Source: Mobula birostris
Taxonomy: Eukaryota
DNA length: 64,000 bases
Direction of reading: 5' to 3'
Assembly: GCF_030028105.1 (NCBI RefSeq)
Contig: NC_092396.1
Location: 19,365,820-19,429,819, forward strand
The notes below the pieces were generated by a model. It did not search any database, was not told the origin of the DNA, and saw nothing but the letters and a program-made list of their open reading frames with translations. The first letter of the stretch is position 1. The number at the start of each line of letters is the position of its first letter. This document shows, piece after piece, positions 1-13,200 of the stretch. Both the position numbers and the translations under genes were made by a program.

Positions 1-2745
1 TACGTTCAGGAGCTGCCACAGCCCAGTGGAGCGCAGCTCAAAATAAGGACTCCAGAACTATATAACCTTGAAACCCTACATCCCCATTGATCGGTTATTT
101 TTGCGTGTGCTGCTTTCTTCAATCCAGAATGTTACAGAACAGAAATTGGTAGAAATCACACTTGTTTTAAATGTGGGAGAATGACCTATGCAAAGTACCT
201 GTACTGGTGCTAAAGTTCGTGAGGATCAGGTTTAATTTGCCTTTAATTTGGAAACTAGAGAGCTTTTGTCTATTACACAAACAACATTACAAATTGGACC
301 CTCATCACCAAGGGAATTACTGAGCCAGGGCATTGTGGTTCTGTGCCCCAAGAACTTGTCGGCTATGAATCAATGCTTTGTAGAATTATACTGGTGTGAT
401 TCTGCATCCTGAAAAACTGGAAATCCTGAGACTACCCAAAGGTATGTAACCACTGACACTGCCACACCTAGGTACAAGTCAGCTCTGTCAGATCTGGCTT
501 CAGCCAAGGGATTGCCACAGCATCCTGTGGTAAAGGATTTTTCAAACCTGAAAGTGTGATTGTTTTGGATGTCTGACATTGACTTAGGCCTCAACATTCT
601 TGGGAATCCCAATTTACTCCATCTTCTTAAAACAAGTTGCCATTCTTCTCATCGGGCAAAATTGTTTGTGGACCAGGAAGAGCGGTCGAGTGACCATGGC
701 TGCAGACCCTGAGGTACTAGGACTTGACATTTGCTACTGTCATTTGGTCTGTGGGGCCAGTAGTAAGTCCTAGTGCCCAGTGCCAGGTCCAGATCTGCAG
801 AATCCAACAAGTGCTGTCAAATACTCATCCAGTGCAGGCCTCAGGACCCACTTGATGCAAGGCCTGGGGCCCACCCGATGGTGGGCATGGATCGGGAGCC
901 CAGTTGCAGCTGGGACTGGAGATTTGTCGGGGCCTAAGACTCGGACCCAGGAAAGGTAATACTCAAAGATCAGAAGCTCACAGGGCATGGCAGAGCCCAG
1001 TCTTTCTGGAGCTACTTATGTGAGAACCCCTTAGAACTCAAACCCTGTGAGATAATCCCTGCACCCTGTAAAACAATATCCCACGGCACTGTAGATGTGA
1101 GATTCCGTAAACAGTACAGGATTCCATCTGTTCTGGTTATTCCATTTGAAACCGTGCCCTATATGGGCCAAATGACTCTACTGGGTGGATTTATATAGCT
1201 TCATCCATACAGCAATGATGCAGGACTTCCTCAGGGCAGTACATTTTATCTGCCTCTGTTCTCTGTTCTTTAGCACCATTCCCCGGGTTCTGATTTCCAG
1301 AAAGAAGTAGCCCCTTGTATGAGAAAATGCAATACAAATTCCATATCATATATCTACTTTTATTTTTGGCATGTATCTTCCATACACCGCAGAGTTCCGA
1401 CACAATGTGAAAGTATTGATCATTTTGAGAAGAAGAGAAATCAGACTTCACTGCATGTGAGGCAAAGCAGAATCCAGGCAAGGTAACACAGAGGTGTAAT
1501 CTGATTATCAAGGTGTCACAAACATCCTTGGTAGCACAGTGCAGACCAGGATTTGAAGCCCATTTTCCAGCAACCACATATCTTGCAATTGAACTACTGT
1601 TGAGCCAAAAAAAAGATAGCAAGGTATTTCACTTGAATTTTATCAGACAATTGCAGGTACTGGATAAATTATTTGATCAAACCAAGAGAAACTTGGCTAA
1701 AGGGGTAGAATTTTAAGCATTGATTTAAAGAAGGGTATCCTCTCTGAGAACATGTGAAATTTTTTGAGAAGATGACAAGGAGGTTGCTGAAGGTATTGCA
1801 TTTAATGTAGTACATATGGATTTTAGCAGGGTGCTGTACATGGCAAATTAAGAAGATCCCTGTAGGATCCAAGGAAAAATGATATGTTGGGTTAAAAGTA
1901 GAAAATTCTGTTTTCTCAGTGAGACTCTTCTCCATTTAGTTATGTGGCATTATGGAACAAAACGAAGCACGTACTGTATGAACACTGTGGAAAATCAGCA
2001 GCAGTAGAAACATCTGTAATTTCATGTTTCAGCATATCGCTCACCCTACCATTGCTATCAAGGCGGTGGATCAATTGTGTTTCAATAGGGGCCTGCCCAG
2101 CTCACTATCAGCCATACACAAAAATGAGGCTGAACCTGCAACACAGCACTAAACAGCACCAGAGCACACACTAGATGAAGCTAAGTAGATAAAGCCCGCA
2201 ACCGATAGATAGGATAATGGCTGAATCTTCAGTTCGTCCATATCTTGTCATCAGATGTTCTGGAAAATTAAACAACTAATAAGAGAAGCTGCATACAGAG
2301 GTGGTGCATACTAATCTTGTCCAGTGTGGGAGCCTTTCCTTGGCAGTCAGTACACTTACTAGTGCCAAGTACCCATTATCGACATCCTTGGGATCACCGT
2401 TGACCAGAACCTCAACTTTACCTGCCACCGAAATATTCTGGCTGCAAGATTGGATCCAACGCTGGGTATCCTGAAGTGATCAGCTCACTCTCTGACACTG
2501 CAGAGTTACAGGTAGGTAGGGCGGAGTGAGGCAATTGAAGCATTTGTCACTCTCAATTATAGATACGTCACCATATTTATTATTGTATAAAAAAACTAGC
2601 ATGATTTTAAGGAAAACAACACAATATTTCGAAATAAAGGAAGACAACCATCAACTTCTTCTGACTCGCATTTATCACGCCAACAACAATTAGATGACCT
2701 CATCCTTGTTTCTTTTCAGTTTGTGGAAGCCTGCTGTGTATAAAG

Positions 2746-3369
2746 TTAGATTATGAAGACACGCAGTCCTCTTTTATTGTCATTTAGTAAAGCATGCATT
2801 AAGAAATGATACAATATTTCCTCCGGTGTGATATCACAAAACACAGGACAGACCAAGACTGAAAAAACTAACAAAACCACATAATTATAACATATAGTTA
2901 CAACAGTGCAACAATACCATAACTTGATGAAGAAGTCCATCAGCACAGTAAAAAGTTCAAAGTTTCTCAAATGTCCCACATCTCACGCAGACAGGAGAAG
3001 GAAGAAAAACTCTTCCTGCCATGCCGACCACAGTCCGACTCTGAGTCATCCAAAAACTTCGAGCCTCCTATCAGCTCTCTGACACCGAGTACTGAGTGCC
3101 ATCTCTGTCCGAACGATTCGACCTTAATCTCGGTCGCCAACAGCAGGCAAAGCTGGGGATTTTGAGGCCTTCCCTCGGGAAGATTTCCAACTGCGCAATA
3201 ATAACAGCAGCGAACTGGCGTTTCAGAAATTTCTCCAGATGTTCCTCTGTGCTTTCACGTCCGTCTCCATCAAATCAGAATTGTCCACGGCCCCTACTTA
3301 ACGGATACGATATCATTTTTCACCCTAGGGCTGTGCACATGCGGCACGCTGCTCTCTCCCCTCCCGCCT
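2746..3369 (-). mobile_element. About 0.65-kb non-autonomous retroelement (same family as 29341-30060 and 58726-59410)
   Basis: Shares the 3' block tcaaattatggtattg...gtgatatcac...atgacaataaa.gaggact...ataatctaa with the other two copies. Confidence 0.75.
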
Positions 3370-3514
3370 GATGCTACATCTTCTACGCTGCAACTGTAAG
3401 TCCTTTATAAGATTATACAAGGTAGCGAAAACTGCTATATAAATGCAAAACGTCTTTCTGCCACACTGTAAACCTAAACAATAAGGGATCAGGTGAACAA
3501 GGGGCTCATGCAAT

Positions 3515-4446
3515 CTAATTTGCTTCATTCTGCTTCTTTGTGTAATCCTGAATGCAGGATTGGAAATAGACCATGGTGTTCTTCTGTGGCATAAACAAAA
3601 TGATGTAGCATTTTGGAATAAAATATCCCAGAGCAATACTAAAGGCACTAGTGACAGTTAGGAAAGTCTGTATGAACGAGGTGTACCTCTCCTGATTGGG
3701 GGTGACCATTGATGTCATGAACAGGATGTAATATACAAAGCAGATCATCATACTGAAGGCGATGAACTTAGCCTCATTGTAGTTTTTTGGTAGGTCTCTT
3801 CCCATGTAAGCAAAAAGGAAACATGCTACAGTGAGAAAAACAGTGTAAAGAAAACTGAAAGAGAAGACAACGATATTACCAGTGTTGCAGTCTAGGACAA
3901 TTGATTCCTCGATGATGTGGCCATGAGGACTGGGTGGGTCTGTGATTAGCCACACGGCAGAAATGATGATTTGGATGAGAGTGCTTAAGAAGATGAATAT
4001 GTACTGCCCATTATACTTAACCCAATACTCATGGGCCTTAGGTAGCTTGGCGGCCAGCTTGAACATGCAGACAATTTGGAAAGACCTGACTAAGATACAG
4101 GACAGGCAGATGGTGAAGCTCACCCTGAAGAATGGCTGCCTTATTTGGCAGAAAACTTTGCTTGGTTTACCAATGTAGAAAAACACACAGGAAAAGCTAC
4201 AAATCATTGATATAAGCATGAGAAAACACATTCTACCACCAGCAGACCTAACAACTGGAGTATTGTAATTCAGTATAAAGATGACCGCTATGACAATAGT
4301 CAATAAAAGCCCACCGTTTGTCAAAACTAATAGGAATATCGAGAAGGCGCTTTGCCATTCCAGATACTTCAGATCCCATTCCAGGCAGCGATGGCTCTTT
4401 GGAGGTGACCATTGGTGCCAGGAACAATCCACACAACAGTAGGGAT
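3515..4446 (-). CDS. TAS1R1-like: Gene A exon 6 (end of CRD, 7TM domain, C-tail)
   Basis: Acceptor ttttttgcag|AT; DPYCCVDC..QWSP..TPVVRSAGG..CQIRQP..PKNYNEAKFI..PKCYIIL; TAG at 3517-3515. Confidence 0.95.
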
Positions 4447-7265
4447 CTGCAAAAAAAAAGGTAAATGTGATTAAACCACGAGGAGAGCAAGAATGGTAAA
4501 TTAAAGAAACTGGACTGTGCCAACTGGATATGACAAAGAACTTATGATGAATAGTGTGTTAATTAAGTTGTGTTATTAATGGTGGGGAATGCAGGAGCTT
4601 CCTTTTCAGTCCCTAGTTACCAATAACTGTCTTACCTAGGGCAGGTACTTCATGAGTAGATACAAAGCTCCCTTTATATCACTCCATCATACACTGGCAA
4701 GTACAATATTGGTTAGTTATAAATTAAAGCTCTTCTTCCGCTAAGCAATCCTATTGCAGGGACAACCCACTCTAAATACCAAGCAACTTCTATACTTTCT
4801 CAGTATACACTCCTAAGGGAGGTCCGACAGAGGTTAAAAATAGAGGAAATATCTACTATATTTTTTTTTATCAAAGACTCCTGAAGTTGATATAGCATGG
4901 ATTAGATATGAAATCTCTCTCTCTACACTATCCCATGATAACTCCGAGGATTAGCATAGGTTAGATACAGGATAAAGTTCCATCTACCCTTTGTGCACAT
5001 CCAGGATACAGATACCATAAGTTATCTGGGCACAGGAGTACATTCAGCCAGAGACTCATTCCACCGAGATGCAACACAGAGCGTCATAGGAAATCATTCC
5101 TGCCTGTGGCCATCAAACTTTACAACTCCTCCCTTGGAGGGTCAGACACCCTGAGCCAATAGGCTGGTCCTGGACTTATTTCCTGGCATAATTTACATAT
5201 TACTATTTAACTATTTATGGTTTTATTACTATTTATTATTTATGGTGCAACTGTAACAAAAACCAATTTCCCCAGGGATCAATAAAGTATGACTATGACT
5301 ATGACTAAGTCAGCACCAAGAAAGAGGAGCAGGAGACCCATATGAGGCTTGATCCTGCTGTACCATTTCAGAAGACCATGGCTGAACTCTAATTTGCCAT
5401 GGAACATATTCAGATCCCTTAGGACCAGGAATTTCAATGGGTTAAAATAAAACATTCTTCTGGTCCTGCCCTATATGGCTGATCTCTAATCTTGGAGTTA
5501 TGTCCCTTAGTTCTAAACTCCCCAACCTTCATAGGATCTACACTACATCTCAAACTCCATTAGCATGTGAGATCTCTTTTCATCTAAACTCAGAGAACCT
5601 AATTTATTGAATTCTATCACAGGAATCAGTCTAGGGAGCCTTCGTTTGACAATCTCTAGAAGATTGTCACTAGGTGACAAGATATGGGGTGGAAATTGGA
5701 TAGTACTAGAATATGTACACTGAGATTGCAGAACATAATTGAGAGAGATGCTGTAATCATCTGAAGCTAACTCAAGCCGGTTTTTTTTCTTAAATAAGAG
5801 ATAAGAGTGGAATTTGGGAGGTTGGAGGAAGCCATGGTAGAGTGTGGACAAGAACAGGAATTCTGGTTTTATGATGATCTGCCACAATCATAGATGAGAT
5901 GGAGACAAGGAGAAATATCTTCTACATGTATGGGTCCAAGATGCTTTTAGGTTCAAATTGAAATAGAATTGAAAGGGAATCAAAACACTATGTAGATCCA
6001 TTAAATAGAAATTCCTTTACTTCAATAATGTTGATTCTGACTAATGATTTTGTGCATTACCAACTGCTCCATTCATAGTATTGACTAGTGGTTAATTTGT
6101 TAATTATTCCCTAGTTAGCCCCATCCTTTCTGGAACAGTAGAACTATATTCGTTAATTTTCATTCGAAACAGATCACATAGAATTTGAGGAATTCTGAAG
6201 AATTAATTCAAGGTACCTTTGCATTCATCTTCATGCGCAGGGTATTATTTTTCCAGATTTTTTTGTTAATGTTAATTTCTTCAAATTCATCACTCTCATT
6301 ACTTTAGAGATTAGATGAAAAGAGATCCTGAATTTCCCACACTTTCATGTACGTATATAATACTTAGTATACCTTAATATACTTAAAACACTTAATATAC
6401 TTTTACTGTTTCCATGTTCCTCATTAAATGTTCTTTTGTTCCTGCTCTCTGAGGGGTCCAGGTTTATCTGTGGTATTTTCTTTCTTTTTAGGTTTCTGGC
6501 TAGCTTGTTATTGTGTTCCGTTTTCTTTCATTTTCAAAATGCTCCCACTTCTAACCAATCTTTTATTAACATTGTTCATCCCTTTCTTTAAATGGAATAC
6601 ATTAATGACATTTCATTAATATGACAATAATAATGGGTAATATAATAATGATAATAATTAGTAATATCTATACAACTGCTATCATCCCAAAGACACTACA
6701 CAATAGCATTAAACAATTAGGCCTGTTCACGGTGTTCACAAATGTTCAGAGTGTCCTGAACCAGCCAACCAGAACACGATATCTAATCAATAACCACTTG
6801 GACCCTAGAGGAGTGTATAAACCAGCATTCTGAGGGGACAACATCTTCATCTGCGCACTGATGAAGGCTTCTCGATTGGAGCCGAAATGTTTGCAAACAT
6901 TTTGCCAAGTTCAGAGAGCAACCAGACTTCCACAACTAGGGCTCCCCTGCAATATCTACGTAAATCTTCAGAAAGCCACAATACTAAACAACACCAGAAC
7001 AATAAATGAACTCTTCTCAGGCTTCCTGCCAGGTACAGTTATCGACTATAACCGACATTTTGATGACAAATTCTGCCATCTTCTTCAGGGACAGTGCCTG
7101 GGCATGTCTAGTCCAGAGGTACTTAGACAGGCCCAGGCAACTTCCCTGAAGAAGATGGCGGAGTTTGTCACCAAAACATCGGTTACAATCAGGAGGTGAT
7201 GAGGGGTCTCGGCCCAAGCATCTTGTCCATAGGTGCTCCCTGGCCTGCTGAGTCACTCCAGCATG

Positions 7266-7299
<34 letters not shown>

Positions 7300-10200
7300 A
7301 TATATTGCTTAAATTATGCACAATGCAAGTTCCCTTCCACAGTCTGCAGACTTGAGAAAGAGTCCACTTGCAGTTCTAGAATACTAAGAGTGAGATGCAA
7401 CAGTGGTTGGGAGAAGTTTACATGCTAAGCTGTGATTGCTCTGTCATCAGATAAGTATGTAGGTCTTCAGTGAAGGTGGTCTCTATACTTGGTGTTCTCC
7501 GTGGCTGCCCACAAAAGATTTGAAAATTCAGTCAGTCCTGTGCTAGATCTCATATTTGCATATGTTCCTGGCCAACAAGATGGTTTGCAGACTTCCAATC
7601 GAGAGCGTGCTTGTATTTTTGGGGACTTAATAAGCCTCATGTCCACTGATAAACAATGGAACATAAACCATAATGTAGGCTTCGCAATTACAAATGGATT
7701 AACTTTAACTTTCAGCTCATATAACGAAGCTGAAAGGGTGGCAATCTCTGGATTGTTGCCTGTGCCATGCACCATTGAGGGTAAGAGTAGAATAATTTGG
7801 CAGAAGAATGCGTGGCTGCAGGGTTTTAGGTTTCTGGGTCATTGTGATCTTTTCTGGGGAAGGTACAAAAAGGATGGGTTACACCTGAATCTGAGCCGGA
7901 ACCAATATCCTTGCAGGTAGGTTTGCTAGGTCTGTTGGGGAGGGTTTAAACTAATGTGGTAGGGGGATGGGAACCGGAGTGCTCGGGCTGAGGGTGGGGC
8001 GGTTGGTGTACAAGTAGATGCAGTGTGTAGCGAGACTGTGACAATAGACAGGCGGATGATAGGGCAAAATTGCAGTCAGTGGAATGAGGTGAAATGTAAC
8101 ATGGGGGCAAAATCAAGAAGGTTGATGAATACAGGACTAAAGGCGTTACGTTCGAATGCACTTAGCATACGGAATAAGGTAGATGGTTTTGTAGCACAGT
8201 TAGAGGTTGGCTGGTATGATGTTACGGGCACTTCTGAGTCGCGGCTGAAAGGAGATCATAGTTGGGAGCTTAATATCCAAGGATACACACTGTGTCGAAA
8301 GGACAGGCAGGTAGACAGAGGGAGTGGGATAACTGTTGGTAAAAAAAAATGAACTCAAATCCTTAGAAAGAGGTGACATATCGTCAGAAGATGTAGAGTC
8401 CTTGGGGATAGAGTTAAGAAACTGCAAGGGTGAAATGATCCTGATGGGAGTTATATATAAAGAGTAAAGTGTATATAAAGAGTAAAAGAGAGGTGAGAGT
8501 GGATATTGGACTGCTGGAAAATTACACTGGAGAGGTAGTATTTTGTGTCCATCTACACTGTGGAAGAAACTAGCAGTATGCCACAATTTTCAGAGTGTCA
8601 GGGGGCAGAAGTGAGTGCAGTTGCTATCGCTAAGGAGAAGGTGCCTGGGAATCTGAAAGGTCTGAAGGTAAGTAAACCACCGGGATTAGATGGACTACAC
8701 TCCAGGGTTCTGAAAGAGGTAGCTGAAGAGATTGTGGAGGGATCAGTAATGATCTTTCAAGAATCATTAGATTCTGGAATGGTCCTGGAGGAGTGGAAAA
8801 TTGCACCTGCAGCACCAGTGGGCCCAACACCTTTGACCACTGCTACACTACCATCAAGAATGTCTCCACTCTTTAAAAGGGGAGGGAGGTGGAAGAAAGG
8901 AAATTATAGGCTAGTTAGTTTGTCTTCAATGGTTGGGAAGATGTTGCAGTCCATTATTAAGGACAAGGTTTCAGGGTACTTGGAGGCACATAATGAAGTA
9001 GGCCAAAGTCAGTATGTTTTCCTCAAGGGAAAATCTTGCATGACAAGTCAGCTGGAATTCATTAAGGAACTAACAAGCAGAATAGACTAAAGAGAGTCAG
9101 GAGATATTGTGTACTTGGATTTTCAGAAGGCCTTTGAAAAGATGCTGCACATGAGGCTGCTTAACAAGAGAAGAGTCCATGGTATTTCAGAAGGGGTACT
9201 AGCATTGATAGAAGATTGCCTGACTGGCAGGAGGCAAAGGGTGGGAATAAAGGGGGCCTCTTCTGATTGGTTGCCAGTGATGAGTGGTGTCCCACAGGGA
9301 TCAGTGTTCAGACCAGTTCTTTTCACATTATATCATATTTCAATGATTTTGACAATGGAATTCATGGCTTTGTGACCAAGTTTGTAGCTGATACGATGAT
9401 AGGTAGTGAGGCAGATAGTGTTGAGGAAGCAGCTGTTATGATTCGTAACTCCAAAGCATAAAACTAATTGAAACCAAACATGGAACCAGGGTGTACATGT
9501 TAGTTTCGTTTTTACTTTAAGCAAGGTGTGCACATATGATGTGGTGGCACGATGAAGTATGCTATTCAGGTACATTTCCATATACAGTAACTTGTAATGA
9601 ATTATTTAAATGAAAAAGAATGTTTAATCAAATAATATATTTACAAGATTACTCAAATATTAAATACACAACACTCCTCCCTGCTTAGCTATAAACTCCA
9701 ACTCAATATAGAATGCAGGTGAGAATTGTGGTTGTGAAACAATCTCAGTTTCTGGGCCTTCTCCATGGTGGTTGTAGGAGTTGACTCTGGGACTGCAAAA
9801 GGTGGTTCTGACAGCTCTGAGCACCTTTCTTCTCTAACAATTGACTCCACTCTCCTCATAGTTTGATGTGTCGTCTCCAGAAGACATCAGGCACAACTTC
9901 CACTGTGTAGGAGAGTGGCCCAGTTGCCCACTTTTGGTCACCCCTGTGGTCCCTCACTGGGACTGCTTGTCCAGGAGTGGAACATCAGACCTCTCTGTTT
10001 GAAGAGCCCTCAATTTGACTCAGCTGTTTATCCTGCGATTGGGTTTGAGGAGATCCAAGCATGAACGCTAGGGGACGACCCGGGAACAGCATAGCTGGTG
10101 AGTAGTTGGTTGTGGAGTGTGTTGCATTGCAGTGTGCAAGGAGGAAATTGGTGAGCTTCTGATTCAGTGTCAGTGAATTGTGTTCTGATGACAAACCTTT

Positions 10201-13200
10201 CCGCCAAGCCATTTGCAGCTGCATGCTATGGTGCAGATGTAATAATGTATGTCTTATCCCATTCATTTTGAGGAATGACTGAAACGTTTTGGCAACAAAC
10301 TGTGGTCCATTGTCACAGACTAAGTTTTCTGGAACACCTGTCCTTGAGAAGAGGATTCTCAACACCTTAACTAAGTGTCAGGCTGTAGTGCAGGTCGTTG
10401 GGAACGCTTCTGGCCTCTTTGTAGCTGCATCCACTTCTACCAAGAAATTTGTTCCCATGAATGGTCTGGCAAAATCCACATCAATCCTCTGCCAGGGCAT
10501 TGCAGGCCATTCCCTGGGATGGAGAGGCGCCTGCTCTTGGCATCTTCTGGATGTGTTGGCATCCTGAACCGTGCATGGCAAGCTGCCTGGTCTGCTGGTC
10601 TCTCCTAGGTCACCAGACAAAGCTTTGAGCCAACGCTTTCATTTTCATCACACCGAGATCACCAGCATGTAGAACACTTCAACTCTCCACTTGGATAGTA
10701 CAACAGTACTCAATCCTCACGTAAGGCAAACCCCATCCAGGGCGAGTTCATCCCAGTGCCGGTAAAAATGAGTGGCCATATAGACCTGAGGTAGCGTGGG
10801 CTCTTTTCTAGCTTTCCTTTAGATTATCTCTGTCATAAAAGGGAGACTTTTGATTTGTATTAGGTTAAAAACATCAAAAGGAATGTCCTCTTTTGTAAAT
10901 TTTTCAGTTGTTTCCTTTTCCAAGGGCAAGTGGGACAATTCATCAGCATTTCCATGATTAGTTGAATTTGATCTTGTTCTCCAAGAAGCAGGAGCCCGTC
11001 CCTGCATTTGTGCTGCTGCTGTCAGTGGCAAGATATATTGACAAGATTGCTCAAATATTAAATACACAGCATTCCTTCTCTAGACTGAAAATGGACACTG
11101 TTGGTTGATGGTCAGTAATGAGGTTAATCTGTCTCCCATACTATTTGAAATGTTTTACACCCCAAACCAGACTCAAGGCCTCTCTGTCAACCTGTGTGCA
11201 ATTTTTCTTTGCAGCAGTAAGGGCACGTGATGCAAGGGCTGATTGTTCACTTCTATCATTCGTGGCATGTGATGTGACTGCACCTATACCACAAGGCGAG
11301 GCATCACAGGCAAGCTTCACCGGACGATGTGGATCATAATGTGTGAGTATAGTCTGAGTCACCATTTCTTTTACCTTCTGGAAAGCAACCTCACACTGAT
11401 TTGACAATTGTCATTTCTTCCCGATCTCAAGTAATGAGTTCAAGGGGTGGAGCACAGTAGCCAGGTTGGGAAGGAACCTGTTATATAGTAATTGACAAAC
11501 CATACAAAGGACAACATAAAAAGACAGCACTGGGCAAACCTGCGGCAACTGGACCATAGCTTTCTTCCAGAATGAAGATGCAGATACTACTCCAAAAATA
11601 AGCCTATTATAGTGATAATGTCTTGTATGAGTGTTTATGATAAAAAGTACTTTTGACCCTTCTTCCATCTCCATCTCTAGATAGGTCTCAGAGAAGTCCA
11701 CTTTTCATAAGTTTTCCCCCAAGAAAGGTCTGCAAAGATATCCTCTATCCTGGCAGAGGGTATTGATCTACTTTCAGTACAGGGTTGATGGTGACCTTAA
11801 AATTCCAGATCCTGATGGACACATTCTTTTTGGCTACTGGGACACTGGCATTGCCCATTGGCTCCACTCAATCTTAGAAAGAATTCTTTCAGCCTCCATG
11901 CAATCTAACTCACTGGCTATTTTATCTTGGTTAGTATAAGGAACCGGATGGGCTTTGTTAAACTTGGGTTTGGCATTTTTATTTAACACTATTTTACTCC
12001 CGATATGTTTGAGTTTTCCAGTGTCATCCTTGAACACTGCTGAGGTATCGTCCGATAGCTTTCTTACATCACTTTAGGTTGACTCAATCGCAGGGGACGT
12101 GGCTGGATCTTGTCACTACTGTTAAGTTTTGTAACTCCAAAACATAAAACTAATTGAAAGGAAACATGGTGCTGGGAATTTGTGACTCAGTTTTGTTTTT
12201 ACTTTCACTGAGGCATGTGCATATGCCGTGGTGGTGTGATGACGTATGCCATTCACATACTTTTACATATAACCCACAATGAAATATTTAAATGAATAAG
12301 AAAGGTTAATCAAACAACATATTTACAATATTACTCAGATATTACTGAAATATTAAATACACCAGTGCAGCCAGTCTACAGAAGGACTTAGACAAATTGG
12401 GAGAATGGGCAAAGAAGTGGCAGGTGGAATATAGTGCAGGTAAGTGTATGGTAAGGCACTTTGGTAGAAGGAATAAAGGCATAGACTGTTTTCTAGATGG
12501 GGAGAAATTTCAAAAATCGGAAGTTCAAAGCAACTTGGGAGTCTCAGGCAGGATTCCCTAAAGGATTCGCTAAGCTTCTCTGCTCCATCTGTCAGAAAAA
12601 GCTGGACCTCCCTGTGGCCGCCCATTCAGTTCCACTTTTCCTTTCCCATTCGACATGTCAGCCCATGGCTTCTTGTACTGCCGCGATGAGGCCTCACTCA
12701 GGTTGGAGGAGATACACCTGGTATTCCATCTGCGTAGCCTCCAACCTGATGGCATGAACATCGATTTCTCAATCTTCCAGTGATTGCCCCCACGTTCATC
12801 ATTCCCCATTCCTGTTTCTCACTCTATCTTATCTCCTTACTTGCTCATCACCTCCCTCTCCCTTCCCCCTTCCCTTTCTTCCATTGTCTTCTAACCTTTC
12901 CTGTCTTTTTCCGCTTCCTCCAGCCCTTTATCTCTTTTACCAATCAACTTCCCAGCTCTTAACTTCACCCTTCCCAGTTTCACCTATCACCTATCAGCTA
13001 CCACCTTGTACTTCTTCCTCCCTCTCCCCACCTGCTTACTCTGACTTCTCCCTTCCCAGTCCTGATGAAGGGTCTCGGCCTGAAATGTCAACAGTTCACT
13101 CTTGTCCATAGATGCCGCCTGGCCTGCTGAATTCCTCCAGCATTTTGTGTGTGTTGCTTTGGATCTCCAGCATCTGCAGATTTTCTCCTGTTTGGGTTTC

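Noticed and set aside
1-1716. Non-repetitive-looking stretch with several short ORFs (370-612, 770-988, 1191-1622) and one relatively stop-poor plus frame
   Set aside because: No recognisable domain or exon boundaries, and stops occur in all frames. It could be a decayed element or UTR, but I cannot support a call.
7554-7561. Other perfect octamers (7554-7561 and 45898-45905, minus strand)
   Set aside because: Deep intronic with no promoter context; consistent with chance occurrence.
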